The notes: a model not told the origin generated them from the sequence alone. DNA of 64,000 bases from Zootoca vivipara (GCF_963506605.1 NC_083278.1:59892001-59956000); one strand, 5' to 3'; positions 39,886 to 52,145 are shown, counted from the first letter of the stretch. Program-made: numbers and translations.

Positions 39886-40887
39886 GCTTGGGTTGCTGTC
39901 TGCATTGGCATTACTGTTGGGTAGTCCCCTGGTTGCTCAGATACCTGGTGAGAACAGGACAAAATATCATCTCCGTCCAAACTCTGACATAACAACACCT
40001 TTGGCACATGTGCTAATATCTGCCAACCCCTGCTGACATTGGGGAGATACGTATTTGAAGATTTTATTCTGTACAGTTTAGTCCAAGTCCAATAGCAGCA
40101 GTAGAGGACCTTGGCCAATGCTTTCTCTATTTTGGCCAAAATGATCTTCATCAGTGCTTTCTCCCATGAATGGAGGTGCCTGCCAAGAATAGCATATGCT
40201 CTTTGTCAATTCACCCTTATCACTGCAGCCGCCTGTACCTCATGAAACCCTCCAGAATAGCATGGATCCTGGTTACAAATATCACCTCTGCCATGAACTC
40301 ACTAGGTAACCCAGGTGTGCTGCCCAGTTGATGGAAGTTGTGGAGGCTGTGAACATATTACCATTTACTCTGGCACCAGTTTATTCCTACCATTGGTGTA
40401 GGAAGCCACGCACCTATGATGTTAGCTACCACTCATATCTTTATTTTATATTGAGAAATACGGCTGTGTGTTGCATTTCCCCTCAAACCAGCTCCCACCT
40501 ACTTTGAAAACGTAAGTAAAAAAGAGTGAGGTGTTTACATTTGAGATGGCCATTGTGCATGTACACATGACAGTTTCATGAGGAAAAGTTTGGGGGTTGG
40601 CAGCGGAAGCATTTGCTGGCATGGGGAAAACCCTCACGGAGCTGCAATTCCTAGCACTGTGAACAAACTACAGTTCCCATTATTTTTGTGGGTGGGTGGG
40701 GGAGGCGTATCCTTTAAATATATGGTGTGTATACAGCCTTAGCAGCTCTTTGTATTCTGGACACTCTTATTGTCCACAATTTGGTTAACATGAGCAACAG
40801 TTTTAATAGGCATATACTATATAACCAGTTATATGGAAACATCATGTCGAAATTAATTAAGCTCGGCAAAACATTTGTGGAATTGAC

Positions 40888-40894
40888 AGTGTGT

Positions 40895-40934
<40 letters not shown>
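40888..40934. repeat. (GT)n microsatellite
   Basis: Direct read. Confidence 0.95.
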
Positions 40935-40936
<2 letters not shown>

Positions 40937-42145
40937 GTAAAGAATAGAGAGACAGAGAGTACTTTTGCCTCAACATTCTTCTTTCCTAAGCGCAAGTGAA
41001 TGTCTGACACATGGACTAAGTCAAATTCCAAAATGTAGCAAAAACAGTGCCTGCATATTTGGCAGGAATTACAACCAGTTCAGGTCAGTGTCTGCTAGAG
41101 TGCAGAAAAGAAAAGAAAAGAAAAGGTCCGTGCACAAAACACAAGGAAAATAATTCCGAGGAAAACATGAGGAACAGCACGTGACATTTTCCAAGTGTGC
41201 AGCATTACTATTACTCAAGGATCAACATTTTTTTACAGCCCCTCTTAGAACACTTCCTCCTATGCGCTGTGCTGGAATCTATTATTATTATTAACTGGGG
41301 GGGGGAGTTTTCAAGGGGGAGCAGGGAGGAGGTGAGGAAGAGGTCAGAGCTCTCAAGCTGTTACCATATGAATGAGTGAGCTGGACTTTTTTTTTAAAGG
41401 GTCTTTTTTAAAAAACAACAACAACCCTCCTTCAAATCACCCCTTACAACAGACATATAGTTTTTTGGTTGTTAACTTTCACAAGTCCCATGCCTCAGCA
41501 GGCTGGAAAAAGTCAAGTGTCAGAGTTGTCTCAGTCCTGCTGTCCAAAATGATTGGCCCAGAGTTGGTTGTGAAGGCTTCTTGGTTAGATTGTGAACGAT
41601 AAAGAGGTTGGTTTATAGCCTCAAGATTCCTTATTAGGAATCCCTAATAACCAAGGAGGCTTTAAAAAGCAGGAGTCCTTGGGTAGCGACTCTCATAATC
41701 CCCCTAGGAAGGAGTTCCATACTGTTTTTAAAGGTACTTACTGTTTGGGCACCGGTGACAATGGGGTATGGTGAAAAAGGACACCCAACTTTGCTCACGA
41801 GTGAGTCACAGTGGCTGATCCCCAGCCCCCATTGCTGCATTTGTTGGTGATTCCCCACAATGGCTCCATGTTCATTTGCAGGGAGAAATGAGCCCCATGA
41901 GTCCATCTCTTCTATGTGATGAGGAAACCTAAGCCGTTCATTGTTTCCTAATGTTTGGCGAATGGAGTCTGTGGCCAGAGGATGCATCAGCTGTAATGTG
42001 GGCGGGACTAGCCCCCACTCTTCTCGTGTGTTTCTAACGCAAGACACGCTTGTTTGAACCTTCTCTTGTTAGAGTTTGGAGCTAGAACCATTTCAAGTCG
42101 GCTGTCAGCAATGAAGCTGGTTGGATGACCTTGTGTCCCGTCCCT

Positions 42146-42320
42146 GGCTGCATATACACTGTATATTTAAAGCACATTTAAATAATATGCTTTCCCTCAA
42201 AGAATCCCGAGAACTGCAGCTCGCTTCTCAGGGGTACAGTTCCCAGTGCCCTCAACAAACCACAGTTTCTAGGATTCTTTAAGGGAAGTCATGTGCTTTG
42301 AACATGGGGAATGCATGCAA
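42146..42320. mobile_element. Harbinger-like palindromic MITE (same family as 49045)
   Basis: 'ggctgcatatacac...aaagcacattt...ccctcaaagaatcc ... ggattctttaagggaagtcatgtgctttgaa'. Confidence 0.6.
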
Positions 42321-42610
42321 CCTCTCAGCGTGATTCAGCTTACCAAATTGTTTGAGAGGCTGAGGTCCTTGGAGGAAGGGCAGGCTAAAAATGTGAGGCT
42401 ATTAAAAGCTGAAGTTTATGAACGGTGGTGTTTTTCTGTGCTGCACATTTGCTTGTTTCCCACATGGGCCCTTGTGGCAAACAAACTGAATGGTAACTGA
42501 CGCTGCTAGTATCTGCATTGGAGGATTCCATTTATATAACCATAGGAAATGTGCTTGATGTGCCATCTTTATGACTTTCTGTTTGTGAAAAGCTTTCATG
42601 TTGATACAGT

Positions 42611-43317
42611 CAGGGCCGTCTTAAGCCCATCCAGCGCCGTGGCGCAAAGGTCCCTCTGGCACCCCTTCCCTCCGGCACTAACCCCTCTCTGCCCCGACCA
42701 GGGCGTGGGCAGCTCCCCGGCTCCCGCCACCTCCCTGGCCTGGAGGCCGTGTGGCCCAATGGCTGCCATCTCTTGCCTGAGGGAGCTGCAGGAACAGCAG
42801 TGGTGGGAGCGGCTCCAGATCTGCCCCGCCCCTGAATGGGGCAAAGTTGTGCTGGCTCCTTCGGCCTGGAGTCGTCGAGGGGGGCGAGGGACAGAGTGTG
42901 GCCGCAGCCGCGAGATGCAGTTTCCCTCGCCGCCTGGGCACCCCGCAGGCGCGTGGAGGCAGAGGAGCGGCTGTTTGTGGGCTGAGCCTTTCCCCTCTCA
43001 CCCGCCCCGTTGCCTTGGCAACCCGCTCCCCACCACTGCCGTGACATCCATCATGACAACACCACGCCCCTCCATCGAGCAGCCACCAATCCGTGCGAAG
43101 CGAAGGGGGTGGGCCCAGCCAGTTGCCAAGGCAACAAGGTTGGCCTCCCATGGTTGGCGGCTGCTTCTTTTCCTCCGCGCCCTCGCCATGTTGTGCCTCT
43201 CTCAGAGCTGTCACCGCACGCGGAGGGCTTAGTGGCCTGTTGCATCCCGCCAGCGCCCCTGAGAGGCTGGCGCCCTGGCGCAACGAGCCACTAGCCTCTA
43301 TGGGAAAGACGCCTCTG
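42611..43317 (+). mobile_element. 707-bp non-autonomous hAT element (CAGGGCCGTC family) with CpG-rich interior
   Basis: TIRs CAGGGCCGTCTT / AAGACGCCTCTG and perfect 8-bp TSD GATACAGT (42603-42610 / 43318-43325). Confidence 0.88.
43001..43135. promoter_or_regulatory. Promoter-like motif cluster inside the hAT element: GC box, two RFX X-boxes, CCAAT
   Basis: CCCGCCCC 43001-43008; GTTGCCTTGGCAAC 43009-43022; CCAAT 43086-43090; GTTGCCAAGGCAAC 43122-43135. Confidence 0.55.
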
Positions 43318-43450
43318 GATACAGTGATAGTAAAGCATGAGAAATGCTGGAACATTTCATGGAGAAAGGCAAAAATACCAGTGCAAAAGGCCATTGTTTT
43401 CTAGACTACCATTACAATTGTATACTGTATATTTAAGTAAACTTGTATGC

Positions 43451-43456
<6 letters not shown>

Positions 43457-43495
<39 letters not shown>

Positions 43496-43505
43496 CACAC
43501 TCACA
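43457..43505. repeat. (CA)n microsatellite
   Basis: Direct read. Confidence 0.95.
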
Positions 43506-44024
43506 CCCCTGAGAGAAGAACCCTGCCATTTGGACACTTTTTATTGTGTGTTTTGCAAATGAAAAAAGAAAGGAAGATACTTTGATGGAAATATTTTGCA
43601 GTTACATACCGGTAGTATAGTTTAGCTGGGCTAAACGTAGGCTGTGTATACACTATCCCTTCAAAGCATATTTGAAGCACAGTATTTCCCTCAAAGAATT
43701 ATGGGGATTGTAGTTTTCCCCTCCCTTTAAAATTCCCAGCAACCCTCAACAAAGTGCAGTACCCGAAATTCTGAGAGGGAGAAAATGTGCTTAAAAGCAG
43801 TGTTTCCCAACCTTTTCCCGACCGTGGCCCGCATTTGACCTTGTTTCCTTCCTGTGCCCGCATTTGACCTTGTTTCCTTCCTGCCTACCCTGTCCTACCG
43901 GTAGAAAGGCAGCTATTTAAATGTTTTGTTTGTAAATAGAACAAGTTTTTAAATATATAATTTATACAAAATACAATTGCATAAAATGTTAGGAACATAA
44001 TGAAATATTGTCAAAACAGGAAGA

Positions 44025-44180
44025 CATAGAAGCATAGAGCTGGAAGGGACCCCAAGGGTCTTCTTACTAGTGCAACCCCCTGCAATGTAGGAAACTCTGC
44101 TAAATTATCCATGACAGTTGGCCATCCAGCCTCTGCTTAGAAACCTCCAAGGAAGGAGAGTCCAGAACCTCATGAGGGAG
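44025..44180 (-). mobile_element. CR1 3' fragment nested in the hAT element
   Basis: 'catagaagcatagagctggaagggacccc...ctagtgcaaccccctgcaatg', similar to 1242 and 17072. Confidence 0.75.
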
Positions 44181-44273
44181 ATCCATCTTCCATGTATTAA
44201 AAAAAGTAAGCAACACTTATTTGACCCCAGTTATTTGACACAGAGGGGGAAACCTACAGATACAGTCCAAAAG

Positions 44274-44552
44274 CATACCCTCCAACATTTCTCTGATGAA
44301 AATAGAGAAGTCCTATTCCATAATAATAATTTTACTATTTATACCCAGCCCTAACCACTCTGGGCGGCTTTCAACACATATAAAACACATAATACAACAT
44401 AAAACATTAAAAAGGGGCATCCTACCATATCCTCCAACATTTCTCTGGTGAAAATAGGGAAAAGCGGAACGTTCTGGGTCCGAATCAGAAACTGGGGTGA
44501 CTTCTGTAAATCTGGGACTGTCTCTGGAAATTAGGGACACCTGGAGGGTCTG
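44274..44552. mobile_element. Small hAT-like element containing an L2 tail
   Basis: Ends CATACCCTCCA ... TGGAGGGTCTG, flanked by CAAAAG. The left end is duplicated at 44427, and an (AAT)n L2 tail lies between the two copies. Confidence 0.55.
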
Positions 44553-44758
44553 CAAAAGGTGCACAGGAAGTTCTGTATATATGGGAGAATTTTTAAAAGC
44601 AAGTGGCCCTCATTGACCTGGTGCAAAAATATATTGTCATCTGGAGGATCCTTGGCTGTCTAGACAAAACACTATAGCCCCACACACCTTTACCTGGGAG
44701 TAAGGCCCACTGAACTCAGTGTGGCTTTCTTCTGGGTAGACATACTCAGTAGATCACT

Positions 44759-44958
44759 CAGGGCTGGCTCTAGGGGTAGGCTGGGTGGTGTGGGGCGCCG
44801 GCCCGGCAGGGGGGGCGCCGCGCGGCAGAGCCGCACGGAAGCAATGCTGCACCCTGCGCCTGCCCACCAGCTGCGACAAGAAACGGGGCGGAGCGGGGGT
44901 TCCGGAGCGATCTCCGCACCACGGCGCCAGGGCACCCAACATGGTTGAGATGGCCCTG
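44759..44958 (-). mobile_element. GC-rich hAT MITE (CAGGGCCGTC family), reverse orientation
   Basis: Reverse complement matches 57391-57583; TSD AGATCACT / ACATCACT (7/8). Confidence 0.85.
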
Positions 44959-46413
44959 ACATCACTATTTACTAGATGCAAGTCAACAGCACCAGACGAC
45001 CCTGTTTGGCTAGGTGCTGGGGTGGATTTCACCCCACGCCTTGCAGAGCCAGGCCAACGCTTTCAAGGGACCCTGTGCCCCTCAGGAACATCTGAAGGCC
45101 CTGATCTGGTAGGCACTGAGATGGATTGCACCCCATCCCTTGCGGAGCCAGGCCCAGGCTGCCACCTGGCCAGGGAGCACTGGCTAGGGAGCCTCAGTGA
45201 TTGCTCTCTCTTGCTGGAAACAAACCAGGACTACTCCAATAAAATGCATGTGGAAAAAAAGAAGTGCTAGGCCGCCTCCTGGTGGGCCGCCCCCTTATCT
45301 GCTTGTGATTGGCCAAGCAGATATCCAGCTAATCAAGAGATATAAAATTTATTTTATTTTCTTATCACTTCCCTCTGTGCCCCCCTAGCCTCGTGCTGTG
45401 GCCCCTATTTATGTAATTTTTACCTATAGACCCATTGGAATATCATTGGGGCCCACAGGGGGCCACATGGCTCCTGATTAGGAAACACTGCTTTAAAGGT
45501 ACAGTGCAGATGCAGTTGTAGGCTATTTCCTGACAGACACTGGCTCTGCACTACAGTGGTCAACTGTATTCTTAGGGTGGCCACTTAACACAGAGGACAC
45601 AGATTTAAGTTGATGCAAAAAAAAAAAAGCTTGAAGTTTGCAAACCATTGCAAGACAGGCAGAAATTAATACTTGGGGTGACTGTGGCACTAATCCTGGT
45701 CCAATATTGGTAGCCTGATAACTAGACTAATATCAACATGTGGGGCAGGCTGCAGAGGAAAGGACAGCTCATTCAGTTTTCTCCCTATCTTACTCAGAAT
45801 TGCAGTTGCTTCCCCCATTATTTTCAGGCAAGACAAAAGACTTGTAAAATGAAGGAGGCCACACCCCAAGCAGCTTCCCTTTTAGTCAGTGGGCCCCTCC
45901 AGACTTCCCCTTTACTGTGCATTTATAATTACAGTATTTGGGCTCATGGTGTTTATACATGATCCTGCTTTCAATACCGTTTGTACCTGCAAAAGCCCTG
46001 GGACAGGCATATTGCTTCATTTCCGTTTGGTGCATGTCCTATATAGTTTCCTTCTTAAATCCTGTATTTCCATGTTCTGGATTATTTGTGTGTGTGTGGG
46101 GGGGGGAGGTCCTGCTTTTGTTGTGCTGTAGCACAATAGTGCCTCTGCTGACAGCAATAATGTGGGGAGGCATCACCGAACAATTAATAAAACGGAATGT
46201 GCAGATGGTTCAGTATCAATCCACTGCTATTGCACTGTTATTGTGTCAACAAGCTGTTGCAGATTGTGCCTGCGAAACAACAGCACCGAAGAGAAACCTC
46301 TAAAAGAGGAAAAGTGCAATAGAATTGTTCTTGAATGTGCTGAACAACCAAGCACATGTTATTTGAAGAAACTGGGGAAACAAAATAAGAAAATGTTATT
46401 GACGTGTTGGAAC

Positions 46414-46503
46414 CATAGCTGCCAAGTTATCCCTTATTTTAAGGGATTTTCCCTTATGCTGAATAGGCTTCCTCACGAGAAAAGGGAAAACTTGGCAGCT
46501 ATG
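46414..46503 (-). mobile_element. 90-bp hAT MITE, copy 2
   Basis: TIR CATAGCTGCCAAGTT and TSD GTTGGAAC (46406-46413 / 46504-46511). Confidence 0.92.
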
Positions 46504-48587
46504 GTTGGAACATTGCTAGAGGGAGTTTTCTTTATACTTCGGTTCCCGTCCCCCTTTCCTTTAATGGCAGTAGGAATACTCATAAGGATAAGTGTGCCTG
46601 TAGATGCTCTGCAATGGTCTAAATAAATAAGCCTGGATCCTATATTCACTTCCTGAGAGTAGGGCCCATTGAACTAAAGGGGGGGTTTACTCTTGACTCT
46701 GTGTGCATATGATTGCACTGTAATTAAAAAATTCCTTGGGAGGAGGCAGGAGTTCTGTCCTCCAGCCATAGTCCTCCCCAGCCCTGCTCTGCACCCTTGC
46801 CAAGTGGTTTTTGCCTGGCTTTAATGTATGCTTGAACTGTGAGGAGGCCCATTGCTTGCCTCAGTTGGAGAAACCTCCAGCTTCTGGGTGGCTAGAGTGT
46901 AGCCTACAATACTGAGGGCAAAGTCACACCCATTGGCCCCCATTTTGCCTTTGCCCCCGACTCCAGTGTGGCTGTTGAAAGGTTGTCCATGAGAGAATGT
47001 GGACTTCAGTTTGAAGAAAAGTTTCCCAGCCCTGGGCTTGAAGAATTCTGGAAAAGAGGAGAACTGGTTGCCTGTGGTGGACAATTAGGCGCTGGGCAGT
47101 GGATGTGTATATTGCAGATTATTGTCTCCACACAAGCTTAATTATGAAAAAAACAGGCTGTCAGTTCCTCTTCTTTTTCCACTGAGGACATTTGGGGTGT
47201 GTGATGTCTCTCTGTACAGTAGTAATTATACAATGTTACCTTCAGAGTAGAAAAAGAAAGGGTTGTATTTATGTACGGGCCTTGAGCAAACAACCCCAGC
47301 TTTTTCTTTTTAAGCTTCTTCATCTTGTAGACACTTCTTGTTTTCCACGTCTATTTTTATGTAGGATGCGCACTGTGTCTTTCACACGGGTTCCTCTTCA
47401 GAAGGAATCATCTCATGTGCTGCCCTGCCTCATTCACTGAAAGACTTGTATTGTCTGCAGCATCCTTCTTCCTCTAGCTGTGTTAGAAAACGCTCTTTGT
47501 TTTGGAAGGTGATTGATATGATTTCCAAGATAGGATCATATCACTTGTTATTGCAACACTTATCGGTGATAAAAGTTCAGCCTAAAAATTAAGCAGCTGC
47601 AGTGTTGCAGCACAAATTAGTTTAATGTAGGCAGTCAGGAGCAGCTGTTTGGCTCGGGACATGGATTTCGCAGTGGGGGAAGGGTTTGGTGACGCTGACA
47701 GTGGGCTCCCCCCCCTCCTTCCCTCTCTCTCTACATAAACATTTTTGGCTGTTGCAGCTTTTGTGCTGATCATGTGACAGAGTCCCTAGGCAGATAATTT
47801 ATTTCTGTAGCTTTCATGAGCAATCATTAACCTTCAGACACCGAGCTTGCTTTCTGCTTTGTGGCATTTGGAGAGGGTGTTGTGTGTGTGTGGTTTTTTT
47901 TTTTTAAAAAAATCTTTTTTGGGGGGAGGTATCCTAAGTAGTTTAATTCACAGAGTGTCAGGAGAAAATTACAACCAATTTATAATAGACTCTAATGCAT
48001 AATGCTTATGATTCTATTAAGGCAGACCTTGCTTACAAGGCTATTCTTATAGCTTAGCTTGCATTCATGGATCAGAATAATAATTATTTTTTGTGTGTGC
48101 CAATGATGTAAGAGCATCTGCCATCCTGATACTCCCTTAGTGTCTGATTCTGAATGCAAAAAAACACCATTAGTTGGCTCCGTAAAGTCTTGATTCGGAA
48201 CCACCTCTTTGATCCCTGCCTCCGCACCCCCTTGCAGAAGAGACAAAAGAGCGGAGGGTTTTCAAAAGATGCAACAGGGTTGCTTTAGTGACAAGAGGCA
48301 TCGGATTTCCCCAGAACTCTTTTTTCTCTGTAGTGGTGCTGGGTAGCATATTTGATACAGAAGCACCAAGTTGCTTTAATAGCCACTAGACCCAGTCAAG
48401 GTTCACTGAAAACCTCCAAACATTTTGCAGACTTTTTAATCACAAAGCTGATATGCACAAACAGCCCTGTTAATAGATTTGGCCAATGATTCATGTGACT
48501 TAAACTAGATTTATTTGTTTAACATTTTTGCACTCTGCCCTTTCATAGTATAATCTACAACAGGCACAGACAGACTCTGGGGCCCAC

Positions 48588-48591
<4 letters not shown>

Positions 48592-48640
<49 letters not shown>

Positions 48641-48681
48641 ATTGTCCACCAACTGTAGCTGGCTTTAAAATAGTGTTTGTG

Positions 48682-48754
<73 letters not shown>
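48592..48754. repeat. (CA)n followed by compound (GT)n(GA)n microsatellites
   Basis: Direct read; (CA)n at 48592-48639 and (GT)n from about 48676 are complementary arms. Confidence 0.95.
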
Positions 48755-48757
<3 letters not shown>

Positions 48758-48839
48758 GTATGGGGAAGTTCTCATGATCTGCTGCATCCTGTGACCCACA
48801 CCTAGAAAAGATCTGGAACTACAGATTTAAGTTTATGTA

Positions 48840-48989
48840 CACAATTGGTTCCGGAAGTCTGTACTTAACCTGAAGCAAACTTTCCCATTGAAAGTAATGG
48901 AAAGTAGATTAATCCGTTCCAGATGGGTCCGCGGTGTACTTAAACTGAAAGTACTCAAACCGAAGCGTACTTAAACCAAGGTATGACTG
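48840..48989. mobile_element. Tc1/mariner (Tigger-like) fragment
   Basis: Ends '...aaaccaaggtatgactg|TA' and contains 'tttcccattgaaagtaatggaaag...ttaatccgttccag'. Confidence 0.6.
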
Positions 48990-49044
48990 TATTCTATATC
49001 TATGTATCGCCAGGAATTCCCACATTTCAATTTAGTGGAGCTAA

Positions 49045-49243
49045 GGCTGTGTACACACACCATTACCTTTAAAGCACATTTGAAGCATCTTCTTCCCTTC
49101 AAAGAATGCTGGGCACTGCAGTTTGTTAAGGGTTGCTGGGAATTTCAACACGGTGAGGGGTAAACTACAGCACGCAGAATTATTTGAGGGGAAAGAATGT
49201 GCTTCGAATCAACGTGCTCGAAAGGTATGGTGTGTACAAAGCC
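49045..49243. mobile_element. PIF/Harbinger-like palindromic MITE
   Basis: TIR GGCTGTGTACACAC / GTGTGTACAAAGCC, long imperfect palindrome, flanks TAA / AAA. Confidence 0.7.
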
Positions 49244-49890
49244 AAAGTGTTTTGCTTTGCCTTTGCTATTGATAAACCATTATACAATGTTACCTTCCTT
49301 GGGAGGAAGAACTTCTTCCTGGTTGACTGTGATCTAGCAGCAGATTCCAACCTGCCTTCTGCTCACCACTGCTCTTCTTGAGAATGAAACTGGGCCTTAG
49401 CAGAGTATGACCTCTCTGTTACTCCACAACTGGCTTCAGCCATGTTAAGTCATTTGAACTGACCTTGGATTAGTATGGCTCTTGTGAGATCCTTCCTGGA
49501 ATGCTGTTTTTTCTTGATGCTGCCAATGCTTTTTTGTGAGAAAGAATGCTAGCTCCTTCACAAAACTGAATGCTAATACAGTAGTGGGCTCAGATGCATT
49601 GCTGCGCTTTGATGGCTTTAGTTGCCTGCATGGGGTACTGAGAAACAAGAAGGGAAAGTTCAGCATGCTCAGGGAAACCTGAAGGTTAGTAGAAATACAC
49701 AATTTTTAAAATGCAAAAACCCCAGTGGGAAGGGATGGTTGACTCCCACAAACAGCTGAGCATGCTCAGTACACATGGAATGCTGTGGTCAGTTGGGAAG
49801 GGGGAATGGAAAACCAGGGATGGAGAAGAGGGGGAATGGAATGGAGTGTCCTGGAAAAGAGGGTGGCTGCAGGTGCTACCTGTAGAACTA

Positions 49891-49925
49891 TAATTCTTTT
49901 CTTTTCTCAGGTAAGGGTGGTAAGT
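49891..49925 (+). other. Candidate recursive splice site or 9-nt microexon
   Basis: TAATTCTTTTCTTTTCTCAG|GTAAGGGTG|GTAAGT: a strong acceptor directly followed by a donor, with a second consensus donor 9 nt later. Confidence 0.4.
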
Positions 49926-51737
49926 TCTGGTTGTTAGAATAAAGCTGCCCCTAGTGCATCAACTGAGTAGCTGCTCACAGTATCAGCTTTCATACTGAAC
50001 TTGTTTGAGCGCATTCTTACAGCTGGCCTTTTGCTATTTTGGTTGCCAGAGTTGCGTTTAGTCTGACAGTGCAGATCAGGATTGTGGTGTAAAATTATAT
50101 TTTGCAGCCTGATGCCCAAAATAAAGAGACAGATATGTAGGCTGGCGTTGAACTGGGTCACTTTTATTTAAATGACATCTCATGAAGTGAGCAGAGGGGG
50201 ATAGCTATGGGGCAAGAACTAACTTCAGCTACGGTGGAATTAGAAGCATAGGTATCCAGCATACCCCCTTTTCCAGGCTATTACCCCCGGGACCCCATAG
50301 CTCCCAGGTGGATGAGGCAGTTTGGCCTCAAGGGTGCCCCCACCCCAGAACCCCAGAATCCTCTTCCTGCACCTGGACTTCCAAAAGTTATCAAATTAGA
50401 CCAGATTAACATATCAAACAGTACAACAGGCCACCTAGCACCCCTGCTTGCCGCTATTCAGTGTAAAATAGGTGAAAAACCAATCCACGATCCCCATTGT
50501 GGATTGGGGAAAATTCCTGCTAAACCCTCTAGTAGTGACAAACATGTCACACTGGGAGACAGAGTGGGCAGGTAGGTACAGCTACTGGCAAAGAGGCAGA
50601 GGGCAAGGCAGGCTGCCCTTATATAGGGCATGAAAGCCAGCCCTCCCTCCACTTTGAATGTAGCAATAGCGCATTGTTAGTGGCTGTATTGTTTCTGTTT
50701 GGCAGACAGGTTGCAAATGTACCTCGCCGGATGATACTGAGGCAGATCGGTGGTGGAATGGGCTCACTTGCTTTCAATGTGCTCTGTGTTGACTTCATTG
50801 AATGTTCTCTACACAACTGCTCCCTTGTCATTCTTTCCAGTCCAGTCACATTTTGCAGCCAATCATACCCTCTCCTCGCCTTTCTTCATATTGATGATCA
50901 CCCATACTTGTTCCCTCTTTGTAGTATTTCCAGTTTTTGTGCCTCTATTTTAAGATAATAGGGGAGTGACTCAACTTTATTTGCCCCTTTTATAGTAGGG
51001 AGGGCAGAGCAACCTCTATGTTCCAAAGATATTCTGCGACCTGGGAGCTCTTTTTCGAATCCTTAAAATTTTGCCTTCCGTTTAAAAGGAAAAAAGAAAG
51101 ATTCTAACCCTCATAGTTGTGGGTAAGATGTCAGGAGAGAAATCTACAACTGTCCACTTGTATGTTACTGCAAAGTACCAGACAACTTAATTGGTCCTGG
51201 CGATGGAGTGAAACCGAGGCACAGCAGGGATCAGAGTGCTTGCCATAAGAATCTGCACGTCGGTTTTCTATCTTTTAGATCATTTTGCCTCTAAGGATTC
51301 AATGGATGCCTTGCTGATTATTGATCTTTTTGCTAGGAAGCATATAATTTTTAGTAGTCTGTGTATGCCAAATCCCAAAAGAAGATGCAGTTGCTTCCAA
51401 TATGACAGTGATGGATAAAATATAACTTCATTATATAAAAAGATGGATAAGAGAGAAATCATGGGGAACTAAAACCATTCTCTCATCTTCTGATGATTTA
51501 TTCAAAAATCAGCAGCGAGTGCTGTTTCATTGACCCGTCTTACATACTGTTTGGTACGTGGAGTGAATGGGTTGCCTCACATAAATGTAATCTGAAACCA
51601 TATCTCAAGTCATTTTTATAGAGATGGCATAGAATGGAAGAAAACAGCAACAGTCCACAACCCGCACACAAGAGTTAGAAAATATGGATCCTAACAGGCA
51701 GGTTACTTCTTTCATATTTTGTACATTGGTACCTTGG

Positions 51738-51966
51738 TTCAAGAAAAATGGAGATATGAAAGGAACATTTCATACAAAGATTACCATAATAAAGGACAAA
51801 AGTGGAAAGGACCTCACAGAAGCAGAAGACATCAAGAAGAGGTGGCAAGAATACACAGAGGAATTATACCAGAAAGATACGGATGTCTTGTACACCCCAG
51901 GTAGTGTGGTTGCTGACCTTGAGCCAGACATCCTGGAGAGTGATGTCAAATGGGCCTGAGAAAGCA
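51738..51966 (+). mobile_element. Bov-B LINE internal fragment
   Basis: Translates FKKNGDMKGTFHTKITIIKDKSGKDLTEAEDIKKRWQEYTEELY...DLEPDILESDVKWA. Confidence 0.88.
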
Positions 51967-51982
51967 CCCAATCCAAACAATG

Positions 51983-52029
<47 letters not shown>

Positions 52030-52145
52030 TTATTATTTATACCCCGCCCATCTGGCCGGGTTCCCCCAGCCACTCAGGGCAGCTTCCAACAAAACATTAA
52101 AATACAGAAATCAAACATTAAAAGCTTCCCTAAACAGGGCTGCCC
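51983..52145 (-). mobile_element. L2 3' tail with (CAA)n microsatellite
   Basis: (CAA)n followed by 'tttataccccgcccatctggccgggttcccccagccactcagggcagcttccaaca', as at 31885. Confidence 0.8.

Larger units (their letters stand above)
43798..45490. mobile_element. ~1.7-kb hAT (Charlie-like) element with nested insertions
   Basis: Ends CAGTGTTTCCCAA ... TTAGGAAACACTG with TSD CTTAAAAG / CTTTAAAG (7/8). It interrupts a Harbinger-like MITE that starts at 43640 and resumes after 45498. Confidence 0.75.

Noticed and set aside
38930-40330. Ancient minus-strand RTE remnant
   Set aside because: Only faint motif echoes (e.g. GLGLN, VWTDKVH); too degraded to call as a feature by eye.
42549-43404. Long overlapping ORFs (227 aa, 238 aa and others)
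   Set aside because: They lie within a GC-rich hAT element where stop codons are rare, are open in several frames on both strands, and show no recognisable domain.
46162-46626. 154-aa Cys-rich ORF
   Set aside because: It runs through a MITE insertion, has no domain pattern and starts at a non-ATG codon.
50615-50631. CArG-like TGCCCTTATATAGGGCA
   Set aside because: It has seven A/T bases between CC and GG rather than the six required for a canonical SRF site.
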